This document shows positions 1 through 9,061 of a stretch of DNA of 64,000 nt, piece after piece. The notes under the pieces were generated by a model. That model saw nothing but the letters and a program-made list of their open reading frames with translations, ran no database searches and had not been told where the DNA came from. A program made the position numbers and the translations under genes. Source of the DNA: Candidatus Wirthbacteria bacterium (lineage in GTDB: Bacteria; Patescibacteriota; CG2-30-54-11); contig CAISZI010000050.1 of assembly GCA_903889905.1 (NCBI GenBank), positions 45,294-109,293 on the forward strand. The letters are read 5' to 3'. Numbering within the stretch: the stretch's first letter is position 1; the number at the start of each line of letters is the position of its first letter.

Positions 1-400
1 CGAAAAACTCGACCAGTCCTCGGCCAAAATGGTCAAGGAAGTGCTGTCCCAGGATGCTGACGTGTGGATGTCAGGTGTGGAACTAATCCTGGAAGAACTT
101 TCGGCTTCCGAACATTTACCGCCGCGCATCCTCCTTTGTGGTGGTGGCAGCGCCCTGCCGGAGATCAAACAAACCCTGGACAAATTCGACTGGCAGGGAA
201 AACTGCCGTTTGCCCGCAATCCTGAAGTCAGTTTTATCCACCCCGAGGATGTCAATAACGTCACGGACGAAACCGGCCTGCTGAGCTCCCCGCAGGACAT
301 CACCCCCATGGCCATGGCCAACCTGGCAAGGGATTTGATGGGTGAAGAAAAAGTCATGTCCGGCTTGTTGCGTCAAGTTGCCAAAGTGTTACAAAGCTAA
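1..400 (+). CDS. C-terminal part of FtsA-like actin-fold ATPase (5' truncated by window edge)
   Basis: ILLCGGGSALP adenosine-binding motif of the actin/Hsp70/FtsA fold; lies directly upstream of a baseplate-J-like gene. Confidence 0.6.
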   Translation, partial: EKLDQSSAKMVKEVLSQDADVWMSGVELILEELSASEHLPPRILLCGGGSALPEIKQTLDKFDWQGKLPFARNPEVSFIHPEDVNNVTDETGLLSSPQDITPMAMANLARDLMGEEKVMSGLLRQVAKVLQS

Positions 401-406
401 ACCAAA

Positions 407-2119
407 ATGCCCACCCCGAGCGCCAAACTATCTGCCATTTACCTCGAATCCAACCACGAGATCACGGACGTCATCGACCAGATCAAATCGTCGCGTGAAC
501 ATGTCGTGGCCGTGGTGTCGGCTGACCGCCATTCTATTTTACAAAGCATGGTCAACCTCAAAATTTTGATGCGCACAGCCAAAACGTTTGACCGCGAAAT
601 GGTGCTGGTCTCCACCGACCTGGTGACGCATTCCCTGGCTGACCAGCTCAAAATCCGTATTTTCCCCAAACTCCAGACTGCCCAGCAAGTCATTTCCGGC
701 ATCCCCATGACGGCGCAAGAAAGTGTCGTCGTCAGCTCCCCGGTCATTAACGGCGCCGACTACGCCAGCACTGCAACAACGCACCAGCCACCGGCGCCTG
801 CTTACACCATTCCCCCTGACATGCGCACCGCAGCCAAATCAGCACCCCAAAAAATCGCCTTTTCCAGCGCTCTGCAGCACTGGTGGAATCGTCTCACGCA
901 GCAGTTTGCCAAACCCAAAAGTGTGCAGCTTGAAACCACCAACCGGCCCGTCCTCATCCTGATCGCCATTTTCCTGCTTGGGATGACTATTTTTGGGGCT
1001 TACTTTGCCTTTGAAGTCATGCCAAATGCCGACATCACCGTCTCGCAACGCACCGAACCGTTTGTGCAGCAGGTAGAAGTCACTGCCAAACCAGCCGCGA
1101 GCAGCGCGGATTATGTGAACCGCGCCATTCCCTCCTATTATTACGAAAGCAAAGCCAGCAATTCCAGCACGGGCGCTTCCACGGGCACCAAAATCATTGG
1201 CAGCAAAGCCACCGGGACAGTCGACATCACCAACCGCGGTTATTCACAAACCGTTAACTTGCCAGCCGGCACCATCTTGACCAGTTACGACGGCAAAACC
1301 TTTGCCACCACCGACGCGGTAACCATTCCTGCAGCACAGCTCGATGCCGGACAAATCACGCCAGCGCACAGATACAAAGTTTCCCTGGTAGCGAGCGACG
1401 TAGGCGACAAATACAATGTCGACAAAAACCAGTTCTCGATTACCGGCTACGACGCCAAATACCTCTGGGCCGAAAGCAATACAGCCTTCACCGGTGGCGA
1501 CTCGCACAACGCCGTGGTCGTCAGCCAGGACGACGTCGACAAAGTCCGCACCCAGCTGTTGCAGGACCTGATGAACAAGACCAATGCCGACACCAGGGCG
1601 CAGCTCAAAAGTGGCCAGATCTTCCTGGACACTGCGCTCAAAAATGTGGTCCTGAACGAAACGATCAATCCCGTCGTGGGGAGCGAAGCCTCGTCCTTCA
1701 GCATCACCGAACAAGTCGTCGCGCAGGGCGTCGCCATTACCGAAAGCGATATCCGCGACCTGACCGAACGCACCATGCAAAGCGCTGTCCCCGAAGGTTT
1801 TGAAACGCTGAACGGCAACAAATGGGACACCCAGTACCAGATCAAAAACCTCGACATCGATGCCCGCATGATTGTCCTCACCGCAACCGGTACAGGCCAG
1901 ATCGCCCCCAAACTCAATGTAGCGCAAATCAAAATTAAACTCGCTGACCAAAGCCTGCAAACCGCCGGTGACGTGCTGCGCTCCTATTCCCAGGAAATCG
2001 ATCAATTCGATATCAAACTACAGCCTTTCTGGGTAACCAAAATCCCCCATGCCACTGCCAAAATCAACCTCACACAGGTGTCACCTGCGGTGTTTGCAGA
2101 CATGATGAAGAAGAAATGA
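407..2119 (+). CDS. Membrane-anchored baseplate J/gp47-like protein
   Basis: N-terminal cytoplasmic domain, one TM (LILIAIFLLGMTIFGAYFAF), then KATGTVDITN...LPAGTIL...F.T...VTIP...GDKYNV...AFTGG motifs typical of baseplate-J-like domains. Confidence 0.65.
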   Translation: MPTPSAKLSAIYLESNHEITDVIDQIKSSREHVVAVVSADRHSILQSMVNLKILMRTAKTFDREMVLVSTDLVTHSLADQLKIRIFPKLQTAQQVISGIPMTAQESVVVSSPVINGADYASTATTHQPPAPAYTIPPDMRTAAKSAPQKIAFSSALQHWWNRLTQQFAKPKSVQLETTNRPVLILIAIFLLGMTIFGAYFAFEVMPNADITVSQRTEPFVQQVEVTAKPAASSADYVNRAIPSYYYESKASNSSTGASTGTKIIGSKATGTVDITNRGYSQTVNLPAGTILTSYDGKTFATTDAVTIPAAQLDAGQITPAHRYKVSLVASDVGDKYNVDKNQFSITGYDAKYLWAESNTAFTGGDSHNAVVVSQDDVDKVRTQLLQDLMNKTNADTRAQLKSGQIFLDTALKNVVLNETINPVVGSEASSFSITEQVVAQGVAITESDIRDLTERTMQSAVPEGFETLNGNKWDTQYQIKNLDIDARMIVLTATGTGQIAPKLNVAQIKIKLADQSLQTAGDVLRSYSQEIDQFDIKLQPFWVTKIPHATAKINLTQVSPAVFADMMKKK

Positions 2120-2129
2120 TTCTTTCTGC

Positions 2130-2155
2130 GTAGGGGCGGTTCACGAACCGCCCCT
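2130..2155. repeat. GTAG-type REP palindrome
   Basis: GTAGGGGCGGTTC-AC-GAACCGCCCCT hairpin; same GTAGGGGCG head as the REPs at the RAYT gene. Confidence 0.75.
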
Positions 2156-2214
2156 CTTTGTTTCCAGGCCCGGGCGATTCATGCATCACACCTAGATTAT
2201 TTGGTAAAACTAAC

Positions 2215-2616
2215 ATGCCCCGTCTCCTCGCTATTGACCTTGGCACGAAACGTACTGGAATTGCCATTACAGACGAACTTCAAATCAGTACCCGCCCACT
2301 ACCCCTCATTGCCCACCAATCGCAGCAGGAATTGCTTACGGCACTTGCGTTGCTTGTCAAACAGTATAAAATCACCACCGTCATTCTGGGGTTGCCCCTT
2401 AGCAGCGATGGCAGCGAAGGGCCACAAGCCAAGCTCACTCGCGACTTTGGCACAATCCTTCAAAACCAAAACCTGAGCGTTATCTACCATGACGAAAGCT
2501 TCAGTTCCCAGGACGCCGCATTGACTCAAAAGAAAAAAATCAACAAAAACAAACGTTCCCTTGATAGTATCGCCGCCAAGATTATTCTCGATGATTATCT
2601 GAAAAACCAACCATGA
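2215..2616 (+). CDS. ruvX: Holliday junction resolvase-like / pre-16S rRNA nuclease YqgF
   Basis: LLAIDLGTKRTGIA, VILGLP, DESFSS, DSIAAKIIL motifs; ATG at 2215 chosen. Confidence 0.9.
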   Translation: MPRLLAIDLGTKRTGIAITDELQISTRPLPLIAHQSQQELLTALALLVKQYKITTVILGLPLSSDGSEGPQAKLTRDFGTILQNQNLSVIYHDESFSSQDAALTQKKKINKNKRSLDSIAAKIILDDYLKNQP

Positions 2617-3701
2617 GCAAACCCGATTCTGAAATGGACGTTTTATCTCCCCAAAAAAGCAAAGGCTGTTTTGCCATATTCATTGTCATTGTCCTGCTTC
2701 TGCTTGTTGTGACTGGCATTGGCGGTTTCGCGGCCTGGTCATACTACGACCATACGCTCAAAACTGCAGTCAATACCACCGCACAGTTCCAAACCTTCAC
2801 CATTGTCCAGGGAGAATCTGTCAAAGGCATTGCCAATAAACTTGAACAGGATAAATTGATCAACAATGCCCTGCTCTTTCGCATCGCTGCCAAACTGCAA
2901 AAAAAAGAAGCCGCTATCCAGGCTGGCGACTATGAAATCAGCGCCTCCCAAACCATGCAGGAGATCATCGACTCACTACAGCACGGCGAAGCCAAGGGCA
3001 TTCCCATCACCATTTCCCCGGGCTGGCGCATCGAAGAAGTCGCCCATTATTTGGCCAACCAACACCTGGTGAATGAAGCTGAATTCCTCGCCGCCGCCAA
3101 AGCCGCCAATTTTGATTACACCATGCTCGGGAGCTCAAACCCTTTTGGCAAACCCAAATCCGCTTCACTCGAAGGCTACCTCATCCCCGACACTTACCTC
3201 GTGCCCAACAAGCCGACAGTGCAAGATATCATGGTGCGCATCCTTAACAATTTTCAGGACCAGTACGATCAACACGTCAAAGAACTGATGTCCACCAGCA
3301 AATTGTCGCTGTTTGAAGTCCTGACTCTGGCCTCGATTGTCGAGAAAGAAGCTTCCAAATCCGATGACCGCAAAATGGTGGCCGGTATTTACCTCAACCG
3401 CCTCAATTACGGTATGGCGCTCGGTGCTGATCCGACCGTCGCCTACGCTCTGGGCAGCTGGAGCGCACCGCTTACCACCGACAGCCTCAAGATCAATTCG
3501 CCCTACAACACCCGCGTCAACCCTGGTCTTCCGCCCGGCCCCATCGACAGCCCATCCCTAAGCTCGATCCTGGCGGTATTGGAACCCACCTCCAGCAACT
3601 ACTTTTACTTCCTCGCCGATCGCAACGGCATCATGCGCTACGCCAAAACGCTCGCCGAACACACAGCCAACAAAGCGAAATACGGGTTAAGCGGAGAATA
3701 A
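2613..3701 (+). CDS. mltG: Endolytic transglycosylase MltG (YceG)
   Basis: N-terminal TM, LEGYLIPDTY, LASIVEKE, ADPTVAY, SPYNT, GLPPGPI. Confidence 0.93.
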   Translation: MSKPDSEMDVLSPQKSKGCFAIFIVIVLLLLVVTGIGGFAAWSYYDHTLKTAVNTTAQFQTFTIVQGESVKGIANKLEQDKLINNALLFRIAAKLQKKEAAIQAGDYEISASQTMQEIIDSLQHGEAKGIPITISPGWRIEEVAHYLANQHLVNEAEFLAAAKAANFDYTMLGSSNPFGKPKSASLEGYLIPDTYLVPNKPTVQDIMVRILNNFQDQYDQHVKELMSTSKLSLFEVLTLASIVEKEASKSDDRKMVAGIYLNRLNYGMALGADPTVAYALGSWSAPLTTDSLKINSPYNTRVNPGLPPGPIDSPSLSSILAVLEPTSSNYFYFLADRNGIMRYAKTLAEHTANKAKYGLSGE

Positions 3702-3729
3702 AAAAATAACCCGGAACTTGGGTTATTTT
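3701..3729. terminator. Intrinsic terminator after mltG
   Basis: AAAATAACCC-GGAACTT-GGGTTATTTT inverted repeat right after the stop codon. Confidence 0.6.
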
Positions 3730-3884
3730 CAGCTTACTCCAAACTCAACGCTTACTACTAAAAAACTTCTTCCTGGTCGGAATTTGCGAAAGTGTTAAAA
3801 CTGAATTCCGCAAAGATTAGCCCGACACTCTCACTTACGTCATTTATTCACACACACGATATCATTGTCTTTCTGGCAAAAAAC

Positions 3885-4079
3885 TCAAACTTTTTTTCTT
3901 GCCATTCCTATTAATACGCCAATCACTATTGCTCCAAAAAGTAACGGAGTTGATGGGAGTGTTGAATAACCTTTCACAATAGTGTCACCAATAGCAACGA
4001 GTACATACAAGACCATAGACACTACCGTAATTATGATGGCATTACGATAAGATTTTGCATTATTTTTCTGTTGATCCAT
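3885..4079 (-). CDS. Small two-TM membrane protein
   Basis: 64 aa from ATG 4079, two hydrophobic helices, basic C-terminus. Confidence 0.55.
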   Translation of the reverse strand: MDQQKNNAKSYRNAIIITVVSMVLYVLVAIGDTIVKGYSTLPSTPLLFGAIVIGVLIGMARKKV

Positions 4080-4115
4080 AGCAAAACCTGCTTTCACTGA
4101 TTATTTAAATCCTTT

Positions 4116-4365
4116 GTTTCGAGATGTTCGTCTGAAAAAAGTTTCGCGGTGCTCCGTGCGGGCGGAGGCACACGGAATGTCTCCATACTCAGCACTCATT
4201 ACTCGAAACTTCTTCCGCTACACGCCGAAGACTGGACTACGGGATTAAGAATGACTAAGTTCATGCCGTCAATAAGTCATTCTTAAGGATTCAAGTCCCA
4301 TTCCGTCCTGATGACAGGACGACAGGGACAAATTCGACTAAGGTTCGATGACTTACCAAGTCTTC
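4116..4365 (-). ncRNA. Candidate structured RNA directly 3' of tRNA-Pro
   Basis: Nested stems 4227-33/4359-65, 4245-56/4275-86, 4295-99/4325-29, 4304-10/4315-21, 4139-46/4204-11, 4153-58/4171-76; no convincing ORF; strand assumed from the tRNA. Confidence 0.35.
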
Positions 4366-4368
4366 ATT

Positions 4369-4444
4369 TGGTCGGGGCGACAAGACTCGAACTTGCGGCC
4401 TCATGCACCCCATGCATGCGCGCTACCAACTGCGCCACGCCCCG
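4369..4444 (-). tRNA. tRNA-Pro(GGG)
   Basis: Reverse complement CGGGGCGTGGCGCAGTTGGTAGCGCGCATGCATGGGGTGCATGAGGCCGCAAGTTCGAGTCTTGTCGCCCCGACCA: cloverleaf, GGG anticodon, GTTCGA T-loop, encoded CCA. Confidence 0.96.
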
Positions 4445-4541
4445 ACGACAAACAGCTCAGAACGTGTTGATTATAAAGAACCGAGGCCTTAGAAGTAAAG
4501 CAGTATTATAATTGCTCACTATTTTAGCCTCAAATAACTGC

Positions 4542-4570
4542 TTGTAATCCATTTCATTTCTCCTCATAAT
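4542..4570 (+). promoter_or_regulatory. Putative sigma70 promoter of kamA-like gene
   Basis: TTGTAA-N17-CATAAT. Confidence 0.5.
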
Positions 4571-4723
4571 ATCCACTTTGTTGGAACATTTATTTTTCAG
4601 GAAATCCTGATGCCGATCCGACCTCACTCCCTGAGCAGCTCTTTCTCAACGATGCGCGAACAAGGCCCATGATTGATTAGGTTATTTGCTTGCAAAAACC
4701 TTACTCAATTAACTTTGCCAACC

Positions 4724-5788
4724 ATGTCACCCAATCATGCCAATAAATCCCTCCCCTGTGGCTCTTTGCCTGAAGTTATCACGCCCTATCTCAAGCAGCT
4801 GATTGCCTCCACCGGTGGCCCCCAGGGCCCAATCGGCCTGCAGTTTGTGGCGCAACCAGACATGGAACAAGCCCACCAGGAAATGACCTCCGACCCCCTG
4901 CACGAAGACGAACACGAAGTGGCACCGGCGTTGATCTACAAATACCGCGGCGAAGTGGAACAAAACGGTAAAGTGACTCGCTACGGCCGCGTGCTGTGGA
5001 CGGTGACGCGTTTTTGTGGTTCCTACTGCCGTTTCTGCACACGTGGCCGGGAAGTTGGCTTGCCCGCTGGTACAACCATGGAATCGCACGCACGCATCAC
5101 GCAGGAACCGTTTCTGACTGAGGCTGAGATCAATCAGGTGTTTGAGTACATCAAATCCCATCCCGAGATCAATGAAGTGGTGCTCTCTGGCGGCGATCCT
5201 CTTAGCAGCCCCAGACCTTATCTCACCAAGATCGTCCAGGGATTGGCCAGCCTGCAACAAGCAGGTCATCTGGATGTCGTCCGTATTGGCACACGACTCC
5301 CGATCGTCAGTCCCCATGCCATGCAAGAGTGGCACTACGACCTGATCAGAACCCTGCGCAATCCCTATATTCTGCTGCACATCAACCACCCCGCCGAAGT
5401 GACCGCCGCGGTCATCGCTGTTGCCCAAAAGCTTCGCGAAACCAGTTTTGCCAGCCTGCTTTCGCAATCGGTTTTACTTCAAGGCGTCAACGACAAGACC
5501 GACACTCTCTACGAGCTGTTTAATCTGCTGCACAAACACGCTATCCGCCCCTACTACCTGTTCCAGAATGACGACGTTTACTGGGCCAAACACTTTACCG
5601 TCGCCCCTAAGCGCGCCATCGAGATCTGGAAAAGCCTGCGGCCACGCCTTTCCGGGCTCGCCGCCACCGCCCGTTTTGTCATTGACGTCGAGGATGGTTA
5701 CGGCAAAATTCCTGTCCCCGAAGGAGATTCCTGGCAAGTTGATCTCACCCACTTTCGCGACTTCAAGGGGCAAGTGCATTCCTGGTAG
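4724..5788 (+). CDS. KamA-family radical SAM/PLP enzyme (lysine 2,3-aminomutase-like)
   Basis: CGSYCRFC (CxxxCxxC), VVLSGGDPL, RIGTRLP, HINHPAE, QSVLLQGVND, PYYLFQND, FVID...GKIP (PLP lysine); ATG 4724. Confidence 0.88.
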   Translation: MSPNHANKSLPCGSLPEVITPYLKQLIASTGGPQGPIGLQFVAQPDMEQAHQEMTSDPLHEDEHEVAPALIYKYRGEVEQNGKVTRYGRVLWTVTRFCGSYCRFCTRGREVGLPAGTTMESHARITQEPFLTEAEINQVFEYIKSHPEINEVVLSGGDPLSSPRPYLTKIVQGLASLQQAGHLDVVRIGTRLPIVSPHAMQEWHYDLIRTLRNPYILLHINHPAEVTAAVIAVAQKLRETSFASLLSQSVLLQGVNDKTDTLYELFNLLHKHAIRPYYLFQNDDVYWAKHFTVAPKRAIEIWKSLRPRLSGLAATARFVIDVEDGYGKIPVPEGDSWQVDLTHFRDFKGQVHSW

Positions 5789-5808
5789 ATCCAAAATCCC
5801 ATCTATCC

Positions 5809-5889
5809 GTCATTGCGAGCATTGCTACAAGGCGTGGCAATCTCTCTCCAATGCACTAGATTGCCACGTCGATAACTCCTCGCAATGAC
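5809..5889. repeat. GTCATTGCGAG...CTCGCAATGAC palindromic element (complete copy)
   Basis: Outer arms 5809-19/5879-89, inner arms CGTGGCAATCT 5833-43 / AGATTGCCACG 5858-68. Confidence 0.75.
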
Positions 5890-5903
5890 AACAAATTCTC
5901 CCG

Positions 5904-5931
5904 TTGACACCCCAGCCGTATCTTGTATCAT
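5904..5931 (+). promoter_or_regulatory. Putative sigma70 promoter of ATP-grasp operon
   Basis: TTGACA-N16-TATCAT. Confidence 0.55.
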
Positions 5932-6115
5932 TGTTCTCACTCACTATCAAAAGGTACCAGATTGGATCCTGAACCTGACCCCAGCCGACCTCCAGGCTTT
6001 CTGACCCTACAACCCATATAGAATTTCCTGACCAGGCAAGGCCAATGAACATTGAACTTGTCTTTTTTTGTATCCATTTTCTCGCCACTTACAGCTTCAC
6101 AAGGAGCTCACCAAC

Positions 6116-7567
6116 ATGCCCAATGGGACCCCGGCAAACGGAAACGGCAAAATCGACACACCCGTTCCCAAAGTCAAACACATCTTTATCTCCAATATCC
6201 TCGAAGGAGCTTACAAAGGCTATCACGGCCTCACTAACCAGGAGCGCTCATATTGGACTTTATATGATACCGTCGACAGTAACCGTGTCCTGTTTTACAA
6301 CGGTGACGACAAGCTAGTCATCACCTCGGCGCCCATCCTGCCCGCCCACTTCGAATACTCGAAACAGCTCATGGGTTGGAAGAATGTTCACAACTACTAC
6401 CCACGTTTCCCGTCGCCATTTATTTGCGAAGATATAATGAGCCAGGAAAAATTCCGTATCCGCATCGAAGAAGTCATCAGAGCCAATCCGGGTATCAACC
6501 TGATTCCCTATCGCTCGACGCCGGAATTTGCAGAAATGGTCAACTACTTCCGCCGCAAAAAACTAGAGTTTGAAACGCCGGAATCCATGGATTCAAATAA
6601 CGAATTCGTTAATATTTATGCCCACTCCAAGCGCGGATTTAGGCACCTCTGGAATAAGGCTTTCCCGACGGGCTCATCACTTCAAATTGACCTTCCCTTG
6701 GGCTTTATTACCGGCAACCGCGACGAAGCCATCGAAGCGGCCTGGTGGTTCGCACAGCAGAAGAAGTCATTTGTGATCAAGTATAACCGCGGTATTCAGG
6801 GGATTGGCGTACTTATTCTTTATTATTCCAATCTGCCTGACACCAAACGTGCCTTTGTGCGCGAAATGCAGGATGAACTGCGCGACAAGATGTGGGACGA
6901 ACCTTCGATCATCGTCGAAGAACTGATTGATATCGACAAAAACAACATGGGTGGATCTCCCAGCATTGAGTTTTTCATTGACCAGTCTGGCCGTGTCCAT
7001 CCAACCTACGCTGGCGAACAAGTCATGGCCGATGACCGCAAAACCTTTCGCGGCATTTATATTAACCCCGAAATCATCAAGAACAAACACATCAAAACAG
7101 CTTTCAAAGCCGGCCACCTGTTTGGCAAAGAACTGGCCGACCTGGGCTATCGCGGTGTGTTTGACGTGGACCTGGTGGTTTCCAAAGACAATAAACTTTA
7201 TGCCGTGGAATCCAATCTGCGCCGTACCGGCGGAACGCATGTTCACGAAGCTGCTGTCGAATTGCTTGGTGCGGACTATACCAGCAAATACCACGTCTTG
7301 ATTGACGACATCCTGCTGCACGACGAAGCCCGCATCAATTACAAAAAAGCCATGGCGCTGCTGAGTGATATTTACTACAAACCCGAGTACAAATCGGGTG
7401 TTCTGATTGCCAACCCCGACATGCTGCAAGTCAATATCCTCAACATCCTGATCGTCACCCATGACGCCGAAGAAATGAAACGCCTGCGCGGTCTGATTAA
7501 ACGCCGCTTCAAGCAGGACATGCATTCCAGCAACGTGGTTTTGTTTGAGAACAAGGATGGTTTTTAG
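6116..7567 (+). CDS. ATP-grasp ligase, paralog 1 (pre-ATP-grasp + ATP-grasp; PGM1-like peptide ligase)
   Basis: FVIKYNRGIQGIGV, IIVEE, SPSIEF, GYRGVFDVD, VESNLRRTGGTH (ExNxR); AAGGAG RBS before ATG 6116. Confidence 0.8.
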   Translation: MPNGTPANGNGKIDTPVPKVKHIFISNILEGAYKGYHGLTNQERSYWTLYDTVDSNRVLFYNGDDKLVITSAPILPAHFEYSKQLMGWKNVHNYYPRFPSPFICEDIMSQEKFRIRIEEVIRANPGINLIPYRSTPEFAEMVNYFRRKKLEFETPESMDSNNEFVNIYAHSKRGFRHLWNKAFPTGSSLQIDLPLGFITGNRDEAIEAAWWFAQQKKSFVIKYNRGIQGIGVLILYYSNLPDTKRAFVREMQDELRDKMWDEPSIIVEELIDIDKNNMGGSPSIEFFIDQSGRVHPTYAGEQVMADDRKTFRGIYINPEIIKNKHIKTAFKAGHLFGKELADLGYRGVFDVDLVVSKDNKLYAVESNLRRTGGTHVHEAAVELLGADYTSKYHVLIDDILLHDEARINYKKAMALLSDIYYKPEYKSGVLIANPDMLQVNILNILIVTHDAEEMKRLRGLIKRRFKQDMHSSNVVLFENKDGF

Positions 7568-7619
7568 CGAGCGCCCAGGAATTGGATTTTATTTTATCCA
7601 AACAAACAGAGCCGCAACC

Positions 7620-9041
7620 ATGCGCAACGGCCAAAGCAACAACGACAAGATCACATTACCAATCCCGAAAGTCCGTCACTTGTTTGTCGCCAACAACCTC
7701 GAGGGATCGTACAAAAGCTACCAGAGCCTGCCGACCAAACAACGCCTCTACTGGACACTGTGGGACACGATTGAAGGCAACCGCTCGCTGTTTTATGACG
7801 GGGATGACAAAATTCTGATCACCTCATCTCCGATCAATCCCGCTCACCTCGAGCATACCAAACAGCTGATGGGCTGGCACAATGTCCACAACTATTACCC
7901 GCGCTTTCCGTCGCCTTCCATTTGCGAAGACATGTTTAGCCAGGAACGCTTCCGCGACCGGATCGAAGCGGTGATCAAGGCCAATCCCGGCATCCAGATC
8001 ATTCCCTACCGTGCGACGCCGGAATTTTATGAAATGCTCAATTACTTCAACCGCCAGAAGCTGGATTTCAAAACGCCGGAATCCATTCCTCCCGAACACG
8101 AATTTGTTACCATGTACGCCCACTGCAAGCGCGGCTTCAGGCATTTGTGGAACAAGGCGTTTCCCACAGGATCAGCGCTCAAAATTGATTTACCCACTGG
8201 TTTTATCACCGGCAACCGTGACGAAGCCATCGAAGCTGGCTGGTGGTTTGCGCAGCAAAAAAAATCCTTTGTAATCAAATACAATCGCGGCGCCTCGGGT
8301 GTGGGCGTATTGTTTATGCATTATTCCAGGCTTCCAGAAACCAAACGTGCCTTTTGTCGCGATTTGCAGGACCAGTTGCGTGACAAAATGTGGGACGAAC
8401 CCTCCATTATTGTAGAAGCCATGGTGGACATCGACCGCAAAGCCTATGGTGGCTCGCCCAGTATTGAAATCTACATTGATCAGGCCGGCCGGGTGCATCC
8501 AACTTATGGGGGCGAACAGATTTTTGGTGAAGACAACAAAACCTATATGGGATTTTATATCCATCCCGAAATCAACAAAAGCCACTACATCAAAACCGCG
8601 TTTGCAGCCGGCCGCTTGTTTGGCCGGGAACTTTCGGCCCTTGGTTATCGTGGTTTTTTTGACATTGATCTGGTCATTGCCAAAGACAAAAAACTCTACG
8701 CTGTGGAAGCCAACCTGCGCCGCAACGGCAGCACGCACATCAACGAAGCGGCCGAAGAATTACTGGGACGCAATTACACCCAACATTACCACGTCCTCTA
8801 TGAATCCATCCTGCTGGGTGAAGAAAATCCTATCCATTACAAAGACGCGATGGCCAAAGTTGAGGACATTTATTTCAAACACGACACCAAAACCGGTGTG
8901 ATCTTTATCAATGTGGATTTGATGCAATTGGGCATCCTCAACTACGTTTTGATCGCACCCAATGCAACCGAAATCAAACGCCTGCGCAGCAGCATCAAAC
9001 GCCGTTTCAAACCAGTCAAACCAAGGATTGACCGCTTATAA
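7620..9041 (+). CDS. ATP-grasp ligase, paralog 2
   Basis: Colinear paralog of 6116..7567; FVIKYNRGASGVGV, GYRGFFDID, VEANLRRNGSTH; ATG 7620. Confidence 0.8.
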   Translation: MRNGQSNNDKITLPIPKVRHLFVANNLEGSYKSYQSLPTKQRLYWTLWDTIEGNRSLFYDGDDKILITSSPINPAHLEHTKQLMGWHNVHNYYPRFPSPSICEDMFSQERFRDRIEAVIKANPGIQIIPYRATPEFYEMLNYFNRQKLDFKTPESIPPEHEFVTMYAHCKRGFRHLWNKAFPTGSALKIDLPTGFITGNRDEAIEAGWWFAQQKKSFVIKYNRGASGVGVLFMHYSRLPETKRAFCRDLQDQLRDKMWDEPSIIVEAMVDIDRKAYGGSPSIEIYIDQAGRVHPTYGGEQIFGEDNKTYMGFYIHPEINKSHYIKTAFAAGRLFGRELSALGYRGFFDIDLVIAKDKKLYAVEANLRRNGSTHINEAAEELLGRNYTQHYHVLYESILLGEENPIHYKDAMAKVEDIYFKHDTKTGVIFINVDLMQLGILNYVLIAPNATEIKRLRSSIKRRFKPVKPRIDRL

Positions 9042-9061
9042 TTTTATTCCGAAGGATCCGT

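Noticed and set aside
4304-4335. Hammerhead ribozyme core CTGATGA
   Set aside because: CTGATGA is sequestered in the hairpin CGTCCTG-ATGA-CAGGACG, and no correctly placed GAAA or stem II/III follows
4311-4511. 66-aa ORF
   Set aside because: Overlaps tRNA-Pro on the opposite strand; spurious
4724-5788. Calling the KamA-like gene epmB, ablA or glutamate 2,3-aminomutase
   Set aside because: No efp/epmA or ablB adjacent, and the retained Asp residues argue against the glutamate enzyme; no gene symbol assigned
5885-6004. 39-aa ORF as RiPP precursor for the ATP-grasp ligases
   Set aside because: Its ATG lies inside the palindromic repeat, it spans the predicted promoter, and it lacks an RBS and graspetide-like core repeats
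5960-6070. Known riboswitch (ZTP, SAM, lysine) in the ATP-grasp leader
   Set aside because: Only a short AGCCGACC resemblance; the required consensus elements are missing, so it is reported as an unknown motif instead
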